Source: Candidatus Aminicenantes bacterium (lineage in GTDB: Bacteria; Acidobacteriota; Aminicenantia; Aminicenantales; Saccharicenantaceae). From it: 64,000 nt of DNA. Under the pieces are notes generated by a model. The model did not search any database and had not been told where the DNA came from. It saw nothing but the letters and a program-made list of their open reading frames with translations. Numbering within the stretch: position 1 is the stretch's first letter; each line of letters opens with the position of its first letter. The stretch lies in the NCBI GenBank assembly GCA_963813235.1, contig CAWEYF010000017.1, positions 30,090 to 94,089 of the forward strand. The letters run 5' to 3'. The position numbers and the translations under genes are program-made. Positions 8,580 to 17,051 of the stretch are shown here, in pieces.

Positions 8580-9380
8580 TTATTTGGATTTTTGTTGCTC
8601 GTCGAGATGCCTTAGATACTTTATAGCCATGTCCCGAGCAATCGTCCGAGCCTCATCAAGCTCTTCAGCAGTAGCATCACGGAGTCTAGCGGCAAACAGT
8701 CCACGATGGCGTCCTTGGTTCAGTGGCAAGTTACATGCCAGATGCCGGAGCCTCCTCCATTGATCGATATGGAGAGCAGCCTTAGCCTTGCCCTGGGATC
8801 CAAATTTTTGCCCCAATGCTTCCCAAACCTCATATAAATATACGAGTTCATTTCCAGGATCTCTTACTGCATCATCAAAACTGTCCAGTATCTTGCGCGC
8901 TGTTGGATCGGTCTCGCAATAACACGCTGAAAGCTCTGCCAGGTTCTTCGCGGCCTCGATCCGATCTCGGCGCGTATCATGGACTACGCCCTTATCATTG
9001 GTGGAAATAATATCCGCATGATCTGTTATCATCATTTGGTACGCGGCGTGCACCACGAGAGTCGTGTCTCTTCTACCATCGGGCCACACACGATTGATGG
9101 CTCCGCCGTGAATATCAAACGCTTGTCGTCGGATCAGTTGCGCCCCAAGAAAATAGTAGTTCAATTCCTTCGTTAGCGAGTCACGAAGGCCTGGTTCCGA
9201 GTCAAATAAATCAGCACTCATGCGGGCAGTGATATGTCCCGCCTCGATTTCGATAAGACAATTCTTGCGCTCCCAGATAATTTTTTCTTCAAAATAGCCT
9301 GGAGGCGCGTATTGCCACTCGATCTCAATCTTTACCTCAGGCGTGTTGGCGGCGATTCGGGTCCTCCTTTTTCCGCGCAA
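8580..9380 (-). CDS. hypothetical protein (start codon unresolved)
   Basis: 266-aa ORF with protein-like composition. Its 5' end overlaps the PL leader. The first in-frame ATG is only at 9221, while an SD-like AAAGGAGGA at 9363-9371 is followed by an in-frame ATC. Confidence 0.55.
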   Translation of the reverse strand: MRGKRRTRIAANTPEVKIEIEWQYAPPGYFEEKIIWERKNCLIEIEAGHITARMSADLFDSEPGLRDSLTKELNYYFLGAQLIRRQAFDIHGGAINRVWPDGRRDTTLVVHAAYQMMITDHADIISTNDKGVVHDTRRDRIEAAKNLAELSACYCETDPTARKILDSFDDAVRDPGNELVYLYEVWEALGQKFGSQGKAKAALHIDQWRRLRHLACNLPLNQGRHRGLFAARLRDATAEELDEARTIARDMAIKYLRHLDEQQKSK

Positions 9381-9384
9381 GCTA

Positions 9385-9461
9385 AATTCCTGCTCCGGCT
9401 AATTAATCTCCCCCCATGAGCATAACGGAAGTATATCGTCGGCCTGTTGTCCCTGTCAATT
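9385..9461 (-). promoter_or_regulatory. PL module: sigma70 promoter (TTGACA-N18-TATACT) plus conserved leader
   Basis: On the minus strand, -35 lies at 9454-9459 and -10 at 9430-9435. The leader is ggggggagattaattagccggagcaggaatttagcttgcgcggaaaaaggagga. Confidence 0.6.
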
Positions 9462-9654
9462 CGCCCTCGGGCGTCGCGTAGATCCGGGGAGCTTCGGCTC
9501 AGCCGTCTCCCCTGGCCTCATGTCTCAGCCCGGCACTCTATGGGTAGAGTAGATTGGCCTCTCGGCTCTCTGGAATACAGGCCTCTTGTGCCAGGGGCTT
9601 TATGGCTTGTACCTCTCACTTCAGAGGTGGTATATTGAGCGCGGGTAGGTCACG
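9462..9654 (+). repeat. IRU copy 3 (with internal candidate promoter TTGTAC-N18-TATATT at 9607-9636)
   Basis: Hairpin cgcc-ctcg-ggcg at 9462-9473, helix GGGGAG (9486-9491) / CTCCCC (9507-9512), GGCCTCA at 9514-9520. The tail is homologous to the other IRU tails. Confidence 0.7.
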
Positions 9655-9707
9655 TCGGGGGCATGCATGCAGCGCAACAAAGAAGACTTCTGTACAAAGG
9701 AGGAAGC

Positions 9708-10325
9708 ATGAAACCAATTCGCATGGTCAGTGTTATGCTCGTTGTCGCTGCGTTGGCTGCCTGTGTGTCTAGGACTAGGTGGGAGTTGGGGTTTAGAGAT
9801 AGTCTGCTTGTGCGGCTCAAATGGATTCCGAATGAGACGGACAATCAACCTTCCGTACTCGACATCACGGGTGGCCTGTTTACAGTCCGTTTCGATCCCG
9901 TGGCGGACAAGCGCAACAAGGGACGACAAATTGGCGAGAATACCGAGGGCAAGAGGCCGAGGCCGATCATTACCAACGACAATGTCGGCACGTTTCTGGA
10001 CAAGTGGATTACGGATAAGATGCATGGCCTCGGGCTGACGATAACACAAGATAACCCCGAGCGCGTCATCACGCTGGAACTAATCGAACTGTGGGCCATC
10101 GAATCGACCAGCTACCATTGTGTGATTCGGGTCAAAGTGCAGGTCCTGACGCCGGAGGGTAAGGAGATTTGGGGCGGAGTTATCGCCGGCATTGGCGAGA
10201 ACTGGGGAAGTTCGCTGGATGAAGTGAACTACCAGGAGACGATCAGCAACGCGATTCTCGACTTGATCTATACACTGGCGAAAGAGCCGAAGTTCAATCT
10301 CGCGCTGAAGAAGCAGCCGTCATGA
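9708..10325 (+). CDS. lipoprotein, function unknown
   Basis: ATG at 9708 after AAAGGAGGAA. Signal peptide with lipobox LAAC. The longer ORF from 9663 lacks an RBS. Confidence 0.7.
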   Translation: MKPIRMVSVMLVVAALAACVSRTRWELGFRDSLLVRLKWIPNETDNQPSVLDITGGLFTVRFDPVADKRNKGRQIGENTEGKRPRPIITNDNVGTFLDKWITDKMHGLGLTITQDNPERVITLELIELWAIESTSYHCVIRVKVQVLTPEGKEIWGGVIAGIGENWGSSLDEVNYQETISNAILDLIYTLAKEPKFNLALKKQPS

Positions 10326-10344
10326 GGCAAGCGCCTGGCTGATC

Positions 10345-10381
10345 TCCCCGCCGTCTCCCCCGGCCTCATATTACTGAGGCC
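10345..10381 (+). repeat. IRU fragment forming hairpin GGCCTCA-tattac-TGAGGCC
   Basis: ccgtctcccccggcctca (IRU tail-like) is juxtaposed with ctgaggcc (IRU head-like). The 7-bp stem is 10362-10368 / 10375-10381, directly after the stop of the 9708 gene. Confidence 0.5.
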
Positions 10382-10505
10382 GCTAACCGCACGGCCGTCC
10401 TTTATGATCCGGGCAACCCAACCGCTGGAATTGGTAGGTCCAAATTCAGGAACTTTACTATCGGCTGTTGCTGCGATATCCTTATTTTAAGGACTTAAGA
10501 TTATT

Positions 10506-11276
10506 ATGATCATTAATCTTATAGCAGGGATATTAACAGGGTTTATTGTTTCCATACCTCCGATGGGACCCACCGCCTTTGCGATTATTTCTAAAGGATT
10601 TAAAAATGAGATAAAGGAGGGTAGAGCCATTGCCTTTGGCGCTGCCTTCATGGATTTCTTTTATTGTCTTATTGCTTTCGTCGGAATGACTTTGATCATT
10701 TCCATCTTTCCTTCAAGGGCGGCTGATTTTTATGCTGAAAATGCTCATTGGATAGAAATAGTACTGACTTTTGCCGGATGCGTCATTGTTATTATTTCCG
10801 GTTTGAAAATTATGAAACTAAAGATTACATACAACAGGCTGGAAACAGAAAATTCTGCCAAGCTTGATTCGGCTCTTGCCAAGGCGGACAAACTGAGAGA
10901 AAAAGCGGAAAGCGTGGCAAGGCATCTCAAGATTCCTGAAATTAAGAAGCCAAGCTTAATTGGATTATTTTTTATGGGCGTGTTGTTATGCATATCTTCG
11001 CTGACTCTGCCGGCTTCTTGGATTGCCATTGTTGGATATTTAAAAGGATACAATATTCTAAATTCCTCTTTTCTTGGCGGACTTTTATTCTCAATAGGAG
11101 CGTTTGCAGGGACCTTAGCGTGGTATTACACCCTATTGAAGCTCATCACAGGTAATAAGAAGCGAATTAATGAGACAACGATAAACAAGCTTAATATATT
11201 TGCGGGGGGAATATTATTATTGCTCGGCGTATTCCTATTTGTAAAAGCCACGATAGCTGTCTTTTCTATCATGTGA
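10506..11276 (+). CDS. integral membrane protein (LysE/RhtB-like topology, tentative; AT-rich cassette)
   Basis: 256 aa with multiple hydrophobic helices and a central hydrophilic loop. The N-terminal pattern loosely resembles LysE-type translocators. Confidence 0.6.
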   Translation: MIINLIAGILTGFIVSIPPMGPTAFAIISKGFKNEIKEGRAIAFGAAFMDFFYCLIAFVGMTLIISIFPSRAADFYAENAHWIEIVLTFAGCVIVIISGLKIMKLKITYNRLETENSAKLDSALAKADKLREKAESVARHLKIPEIKKPSLIGLFFMGVLLCISSLTLPASWIAIVGYLKGYNILNSSFLGGLLFSIGAFAGTLAWYYTLLKLITGNKKRINETTINKLNIFAGGILLLLGVFLFVKATIAVFSIM

Positions 11277-11361
11277 AAAAAATTCTTAGCCTTCAAATAT
11301 GCTTAGTAGAGTTGACCGGCCCCCATTCACGATACCACCTCTAAGAGGAGTACGAGCTCAA

Positions 11362-11769
11362 ATGCACAGGAAAAGATCAGGAAATATCCGCTATGAAGTC
11401 GCGCCCGACCTCCAAGCCCGTTTTGCTGATATCGTCCAGACCCTTGATCTCAGGCACGTCGACTTGGAACGGGTCGTATGCCTGAGGAGTCATGGGTCGT
11501 CGGCGCGAAGAGTCGTGGCCAGATGCCACGGGATGAGCAAGGTGCTACAAGTTGCGTTGAAGACGAAAGCTCTCTATGTTCTGGAATTCATCTCTGAGCG
11601 TTTCGACAAGCTCGGCGAAGAGGGGAAGGAAGAAGTCATCATCCATGAGCTGCTGCACATCCCGAAGAATTTCGGCGGGGGATTCCGGCACCATGACGTC
11701 GTCACCGATAAGAAAATCAAGCTGACGCGCGAGCAGTATCGCCGGGCGAAAGGCCGGGATTCTACTTGA
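11362..11769 (+). CDS. small putative Zn metallopeptidase (HExxH), paralog 1
   Basis: Motif IIHELLHIPKNFGGGFRHH. Clearly homologous along its length to the product of 17840..18229. The start was chosen at the ATG at 11362. Confidence 0.7.
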   Translation: MHRKRSGNIRYEVAPDLQARFADIVQTLDLRHVDLERVVCLRSHGSSARRVVARCHGMSKVLQVALKTKALYVLEFISERFDKLGEEGKEEVIIHELLHIPKNFGGGFRHHDVVTDKKIKLTREQYRRAKGRDST

Positions 11770-11994
11770 GAGCGATAAGCTTCCGGACCTGCCGGACAAC
11801 CTTGCTGACTATGGCCTCGACGATGATCCGCCCCTGCCTGTTGGTGGCCAGCGCAGGGTCAGGACCTGGCGTCATGTGATGGCAAGAGGTCCTGTCTTCG
11901 GTGGACAAAACGCATCTAAAGTATCGGCCGAGGCTGCTCCCATAGGCCTCGAGAAGTCGCCGATTCTTCAGTTACATTTCTGATTGAGGCAACG

Positions 11995-12036
11995 GAGGCC
12001 GGGAATTATAATTGTCGCTGATCAGCTTCGATTTCC
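11995..12036 (+). repeat. orphan fragment of PL leader plus P-arm-like sequence
   Basis: ggaggccgggaattataattgtcgc resembles the leader hairpin. gatcagcttcgatttcc resembles gaagcagcttcgatttgcc of the P arm. No downstream gene lies in this orientation. Confidence 0.45.
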
Positions 12037-12126
12037 TTCGTTTAATGGACTATCTAGCTGGTAGGCACAAAAACGTGGTTCGCCATGAAGGAACCTCGGC
12101 ATGTGCATCCATCTGGGTCGCCTTAT

Positions 12127-12789
12127 TCACTTGTTCTCAAGAGCTTCCCCGATGGTATGGCACGAAACATCGTTTCTTTCGAGTAGAACTCTTTGGAAAT
12201 TTAGAACACGCCCGATCACGTCTTCAGCAGTACTGTCTTGTTGTGTCGCAAGTATTTGTCGTGCCCGTTTTGGTTGCCCTGATCTGCGAAGCAAATCAAC
12301 AAGAATCGCCGTGTCCGCTCGGTCTTGTCCCACCACTTTCTGGTCATGCTGTCGCGCAAGTTCAAGCATGTCCGCTGCCGTTTTTCGGCATGTCGCGGCT
12401 TGCTCAGATTGATCCGTGTCATCGCAAACCCACGCAGCTCGGATTAGGTTCCAAGTGGCATGTGCATAACTCCCTGCCACCCGATCAAGAATTGCCTTAC
12501 ACAAAAACGAATTAGCTAGGGTCGGATACGTAAGATCACTTAACTGAGTCCTGTAATCCGCACTATTAACTAGCTCTTGCTCACCAAGGCGAGACTTGCT
12601 CACATCAGAATTGCAGTAGCCGCAGACGGGACACCGCTGCACCCAGGCGAAGATCGTGGATCGATACATTTCTGGGGGGCGTGTATCCAAGTCTGCTGAT
12701 CCAAAGGTGTTTGTGCTTCCGATCCCCGTATATTTATTCTCTGATCCACAAATACCGCAGCATTTCTTTTCTTCATAATGCGTTGTCAT
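12127..12789 (-). CDS. Zn-ribbon plus helical-repeat protein (DUF2225-like, tentative)
   Basis: The pairs CGICGS...CPVCGYC are followed by a helical C-terminal domain. GAGGAGAGG RBS. Confidence 0.6.
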   Translation of the reverse strand: MTTHYEEKKCCGICGSENKYTGIGSTNTFGSADLDTRPPEMYRSTIFAWVQRCPVCGYCNSDVSKSRLGEQELVNSADYRTQLSDLTYPTLANSFLCKAILDRVAGSYAHATWNLIRAAWVCDDTDQSEQAATCRKTAADMLELARQHDQKVVGQDRADTAILVDLLRRSGQPKRARQILATQQDSTAEDVIGRVLNFQRVLLERNDVSCHTIGEALENK

Positions 12790-12966
12790 GACCTCTCCTC
12801 AGTTGCAAATGATGCGACGGGTTCGGTGTCCGACTGTGACAATATCGCCACTTAGGGCTACCACTGCGTAAGCAGAAAAATGCGCTTCGATGCGCTTGTA
12901 GAGATATCTTTACCGTAGAAACGGCCCAAGTTCTCGCGGGTGCGTCGATCATACCGTGCCACTGAA

Positions 12967-13077
12967 GGATAAGTATTTCCCTTTTCCGCGACGGGACGAA
13001 TTCTCGCTCCGACCGATGAATCTCCCCCCTTAACCACGCTGGTAATATACGTTCGGCCGCTTGGCGATGTCAATTAG
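12967..13077 (-). promoter_or_regulatory. PL module: sigma70 promoter (TTGACA-N18-TATATT) plus conserved leader
   Basis: On the minus strand, -35 lies at 13068-13073 and -10 at 13044-13049. The leader is gtggttaaggggggagattcatcggtcggagcgagaattcgtcccgtcgcggaaaagggaaatacttatcc, about 175 nt upstream of the 12789 start. Confidence 0.65.
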
Positions 13078-13130
13078 CCTAAACTGGGTCAGAATATGAG
13101 GGGAAGCGCTCAGCCCTCCGGAATCCGGGC

Positions 13131-13346
13131 CTTCCCCGCCCCTCTCCCGTCTATCTAAGTGAGGCCTGGTCCGCCCCATAAAGGGCCCTGCAGAACCGTG
13201 GAGCTCCGACCCGGCCGACTCCACCGGCCTCACCTCTCAACCCCGGCAGATGGGCAAATAGCTCTCTAAGGTATAGGCCTCCAGCCCAGGGACCATAAGG
13301 CTTGAAAATCTCAGCTCAGAGGTAATACATTGAACGGGGGTTGGTC
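13131..13346 (+). repeat. IRU copy 4 (with internal candidate promoter TTGAAA-N18-TACATT at 13302-13331)
   Basis: Outer helix GTGAGGCC (13159-13166) / GGCCTCAC (13226-13233). Hairpin GCCC-N6-GGGC at 13173-13186. Helix GTGGAG (13198-13203) / CTCCAC (13219-13224). Confidence 0.75.
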
Positions 13347-13448
13347 ATTACCGCTGACTTTCGACAATTTCTTAACAACTTTTTCACAACTTCCCCCCGG
13401 GACGTATCTAGATTATTGGCAGAGAATAAATGGTAAAGGGGATTTATT

Positions 13449-14018
13449 ATGAGAAAAGCAGGACTTAGCGGGAGAATGGGAAGGGCCGTGTCTGTGTTGC
13501 TGGTTATTTCACTCTTGGGGTTTTCACAAAACCTTATCGCCGGCGAAAGACACGGGGCTATGCTTTCGTTACAGAAGAAGGATGGCCATCAAGAAGACGG
13601 CGAATTGATCGCAGTGAAACCGAGCTCTCTTTTGCTCTTGAATTCGCTCTCAGGAGCAGACGTCTCCATTGAAGTCTCGGACATCAGCGCTATTAGAGTT
13701 GTCAAGAAATCAAGAGCTTGGGCTGGCCTCGGATTCGGCGCGCTGGGAGGGGCAGCGATGGGCGCCATCATAGGTCTTGCCTCCGGGGACGATCCGCAGA
13801 GGGAAGATTTTTGGGGTAATATGTTTAGGTTTTCAGCGGGAGAAAAAGCCCTTTGGACCGGATTTGCTCTCGGGGTTGTCGGAGGGGTGGTCGGATTGAC
13901 AGTAGGCGCATTAGCGGGAACTGATAAAACAATCCAGTTCGAGGGGAAGAATGATATAGAGATTCAACTCGCTTTGGGGAAGCTGAAACAAAAGGCACGC
14001 ATCCCCGACTTCAAATGA
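13449..14018 (+). CDS. secreted/membrane glycine-zipper protein, function unknown
   Basis: Signal peptide, plus two Gly/Ala-rich hydrophobic stretches (GLGFGALGGAAMGAIIGLASG and GFALGVVGGVVGLTVGALAG). Confidence 0.6.
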   Translation: MRKAGLSGRMGRAVSVLLVISLLGFSQNLIAGERHGAMLSLQKKDGHQEDGELIAVKPSSLLLLNSLSGADVSIEVSDISAIRVVKKSRAWAGLGFGALGGAAMGAIIGLASGDDPQREDFWGNMFRFSAGEKALWTGFALGVVGGVVGLTVGALAGTDKTIQFEGKNDIEIQLALGKLKQKARIPDFK

Positions 14019-14023
14019 TCCTT

Positions 14024-14202
14024 TCCTTTAGTGAGGCCTAATCCGCCCTCGGGCGTCCCGCAAATCTGGGTAATTCCGGCCCCGCTGCCTTTCCTGGCTT
14101 CAACTCTCGGCGCTGTCCCGTATGAGCAGATCGGCCAAATGGCTCTTTGGGCTATCGCCCGAGAATCTTCTGCCAGTCCTTTTTTCAGGCAGAAACGTCT
14201 CC
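14024..14202 (+). repeat. IRU copy 5 (tail is a degenerate 45-bp element)
   Basis: GTGAGGCC (14032-14039) / GGCTTCA (14097-14103), hairpin cgcc-ctcg-ggcg at 14045-14056, and the tail gccagtccttttttcaggcagaaacgtctcc. Confidence 0.7.
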
Positions 14203-14203
14203 C

Positions 14204-14659
14204 TTACGCATCTGAATCCTCCTCCCCCGAGTCCCCCTTAGAAGAAGTTCGACGGCTTTTCCAGGAGGTGATCGCCACCACCCAGCAAAGTATCCCGGCC
14301 ATGATAAAGGGAACAAAGGGCTCTGAAGAGGATCTATCAAGGAACGAAGCAATGATAAGCCCCGTCCCGATGACGGGCAGGATTATCGCTTTCGCTTTAT
14401 TCTTAGCCCTCTTACGGCTCTTCTGGTAGGACGCGAAATGCTCGTCACAGAAATAGAACGGATAGACCGGCGAAAGGCCCTTGGTGAAGAAATGAGTCGC
14501 CGCCTTGGCGCACTCCCGGCACTTCACGTTCTGTTCCAGGCAAACGGTCTTTTTGCATTTATAACAATCAGCCAGCAGGTTCCCATCCTTCAGATATCCA
14601 AGGTCGAAATTGAGTCCCTTTCTGCATTTTGGGCAGTAATAAGAGGTCACGGTGGTCAT
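14204..14659 (-). CDS. Zn-ribbon membrane protein, function unknown
   Basis: CPKC...CYKC...CREC cysteine pairs plus two C-terminal TM segments. ATG at 14659 follows GAGGAG, 20 nt after the stop of the upstream ankyrin gene. Confidence 0.6.
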   Translation of the reverse strand: MTTVTSYYCPKCRKGLNFDLGYLKDGNLLADCYKCKKTVCLEQNVKCRECAKAATHFFTKGLSPVYPFYFCDEHFASYQKSRKRAKNKAKAIILPVIGTGLIIASFLDRSSSEPFVPFIMAGILCWVVAITSWKSRRTSSKGDSGEEDSDA

Positions 14660-14679
14660 GTTAAACGCTCCTCGATCGC

Positions 14680-15762
14680 TCAACGCTTAAAATTAGCGTA
14701 GAATCTTCGAGCCGCCTCCAGGGTGCCCTTGCCGAAATGATTCTGGTCTGCATTCAGCCGGACGAGAGCGTCGGGTCCGAGCCCGCAACAGTCCTCGCAT
14801 TTCAACCACGATCCGATCAGATACCCCTCGCCGAAATTGATTCTCTTATTGCAAACGTCGCAACAGGCTTCCGCCCTCTGCCCTTTGGACCACCATTCCC
14901 GGGCCAGCGCCTGCATATAGGTCCTCAAGGCTTCCATATCAGCCAGGGTGACCTCGTCGGAGATCGCGCCCGCCGCCTCCAGGATTTCGACGATATTTGT
15001 GTGACCTGTCCGTCTGGCGACCATGACGGCGGTATCGTGATGCTCGCCCTTTTGGTTAACGGCGGCTCCGCTTCCGATCAGATCTCGCACAATATCGGCA
15101 TGACCATTCGCCGCCGCTTCCATCAAGGCGGTTCTGCCCCGGTATCCTCCGGCATTGATGTCGGCCCCCAGCCCTATGAGAACTTCTACGGCCTTCCTGT
15201 GTCCGTTTTCCGCCGCCCGTGTCAACGCGGACCCATAGGGACCCTGGCCTTCCAGACCAACGCCTGCCGAGGCCAATATCTTTACAGTTGAGGGCCGTCC
15301 GTCCGAGGCGGCCATCCATAGAGCAATCCCACCGTATTTCTTGAGAATCTCCTGCCCGCCGGGGGCTCCGATCAACAGCCTGAGAATCGCCTCATCGCCT
15401 CTTCTTGCTGCTATTTCCAGGGCCGTCCATTCTACAGTGCCGCGGACCTTTTTTGCCCGGAGATCAGCCCCCGACCCGATCAGCAATTTGACAGCCTCGG
15501 CGCTTCCGGACTCGGCGGCCAGAAGGAGTGCGTGTTGGACGTCCCCCCCTTTTTCAATGAACTCCGAAAGCTTATTGATCTGATCCCTGATGATATATTC
15601 GGCATACTTCGCCTTCGAAAGGTCCTCCTCGCTGATTCTCGGGATATCCTTGGCCTTTTCCCGGGCCTCCTGATCTGGAGAAAGGACGGGCTCACCGCAC
15701 TTAAAACAGCTTGAAACGTTGCCGAACAAACCCGCTCCACACTTAGGACATGACGAGGCCAT
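14680..15762 (-). CDS. ankyrin-repeat protein with N-terminal Zn ribbon and C-terminal Cys-rich domain
   Basis: CPKCG..CFKCG at the N-terminus, at least 5 ANK repeats (GADLRAK, GADINAG, GAAVNQK), and a C-terminal CCDVCNK...CEDCCG. Confidence 0.8.
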   Translation of the reverse strand: MASSCPKCGAGLFGNVSSCFKCGEPVLSPDQEAREKAKDIPRISEEDLSKAKYAEYIIRDQINKLSEFIEKGGDVQHALLLAAESGSAEAVKLLIGSGADLRAKKVRGTVEWTALEIAARRGDEAILRLLIGAPGGQEILKKYGGIALWMAASDGRPSTVKILASAGVGLEGQGPYGSALTRAAENGHRKAVEVLIGLGADINAGGYRGRTALMEAAANGHADIVRDLIGSGAAVNQKGEHHDTAVMVARRTGHTNIVEILEAAGAISDEVTLADMEALRTYMQALAREWWSKGQRAEACCDVCNKRINFGEGYLIGSWLKCEDCCGLGPDALVRLNADQNHFGKGTLEAARRFYANFKR

Positions 15763-16003
15763 CTTCCCCTCCCTCGCCGTGACAATAATCCCATTTGTAA
15801 TGGACCCAGCTCATCCGGATTCTCTGGGGCGAATCCTTCACGGGCGGAATAATACCATGTCGTGAATAATTGAGACAATCCTCGTATTGAATCGCGTAGG
15901 AAGGGCGATCTTCGGGATGTTACATATGGGGGAAAAATGGAGTGGCTACCCCCTACGGGCGAAATACTCATAATGGGGAAGCCGAAAGACACGAAATCGC
16001 TCT

Positions 16004-16063
16004 ACGGGCGTCCTGGCTCGAGATAGAGGCATATCGACGCTTTGCCCCGCAAGATTTCGGACC
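16004..16063 (+). repeat. 60-bp repeat (R60) copy 1
   Basis: A 28-nt identical core atagaggcatatcgacgctttgccccgc (16023-16050) is shared with 17011-17038, and the flanks are similar. Confidence 0.7.
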
Positions 16064-16150
16064 TCGCGGTTTAGAGAGGAATGCGTCGCGTATTTTCGAG
16101 GCCTATCGTGGCTGAAAACTATATTGGCAGAGAAGGCATCGAGTTACTAG

Positions 16151-16262
16151 GGCCCCTCTCCCGTCCTTAAAGGTGGAGTTTGGTCCGCCCTCGAGCGTCC
16201 CGCAAGACTGGGGAGCGCAAGTCACGCCAGCCCCTCCCCCCACTGACGTGGGGAAAGATTGT
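16151..16262 (+). repeat. IRU copy 6 (truncated tail)
   Basis: ggcccctctcccgtc head, cgccctcgagcg, helix GGGGAG (16210-16215) / CTCCCC (16234-16239), and a possible outer pairing GTGG (16173-16176) / CCAC (16240-16243). Confidence 0.65.
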
Positions 16263-16275
16263 CTAGCTCGACTTT

Positions 16276-16809
16276 TTACGGGCTCTTTCTAGTCTTAATC
16301 GACTTGCTTTGGAAGTTTGGCATCCATGTCTGGCCGTCAACAGAGAGTTCGCGCTTGTCGATGAAGCTCATGAAATCAGCGGCAAAGACAGCGTTCCCCC
16401 GGATCTTATACTGTTTCTCTCCCAAACGAACGGTACCGGAATATTCCACGGTCGTGCCGTCAATGGTATAGGTAACGGCGTTGACACTCCCGTCGCTGCT
16501 AAAGCCGGTCCAGAAGAACTTTTTGTTCAAGGCGTCATAGCCATCAATCTCATACCAACTGGAGATTCCGTCTTCCCCGCGCCATTCCACAAAGAACCCC
16601 CCCAGGATTGGCCGGACCGTCTGTTTCCCAATATACTTTCCTGCGGGTCCGAGCGGAGTAGCTTGGTTCTCGCCTTCATAGTTCCAGTCCCCAATCCAGA
16701 TATTCAGCTTCATTTGCTCCGGCCCAGGCTTCGGAGCAGCTGTCTGTGCCTGGAGTGCGCCCGCAAAAACCAAGATGACGAGGCCGACCGCAAACCCAAA
16801 GCGTTTCAT
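16276..16809 (-). CDS. secreted protein, function unknown (DUF1579-like, tentative)
   Basis: AAGGAGGGG RBS and a signal peptide ending ALQAQ. The beta-rich sequence has conserved W/G pattern. Confidence 0.65.
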   Translation of the reverse strand: MKRFGFAVGLVILVFAGALQAQTAAPKPGPEQMKLNIWIGDWNYEGENQATPLGPAGKYIGKQTVRPILGGFFVEWRGEDGISSWYEIDGYDALNKKFFWTGFSSDGSVNAVTYTIDGTTVEYSGTVRLGEKQYKIRGNAVFAADFMSFIDKRELSVDGQTWMPNFQSKSIKTRKSP

Positions 16810-16859
16810 AGAACCCCTCCTTTTAAAGCGATGCAGAGACGCGGGGACGGCAAAGAGAG

Positions 16860-16940
16860 ATGTTCGCTAAAGGTTGCCTTCGAATTCCCCCAATCTCTTG
16901 CTGGTCTAATCATAACGCCGCAAAGATATGATGTCAATTC
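16860..16940 (-). promoter_or_regulatory. partial PL module: sigma70 promoter (TTGACA-N17-TATGAT) plus shortened leader
   Basis: On the minus strand, -35 lies at 16932-16937 and -10 at 16909-16914. The leader retains gagattgggggaattcgaagg. Confidence 0.55.
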
Positions 16941-16991
16941 GAAGGGTAGAATAACGCCCCGGGTGAATAAGTAGACTTTTCCCCATGTCAC

Positions 16992-17051
16992 GCGGGCGTC
17001 TTTGAGCGAAATAGAGGCATATCGACGCTTTGCCCCGCGAGGTCTCGGACC
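16992..17051 (+). repeat. 60-bp repeat (R60) copy 2
   Basis: See 16004-16063. The identical core is at 17011-17038. Confidence 0.7.
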
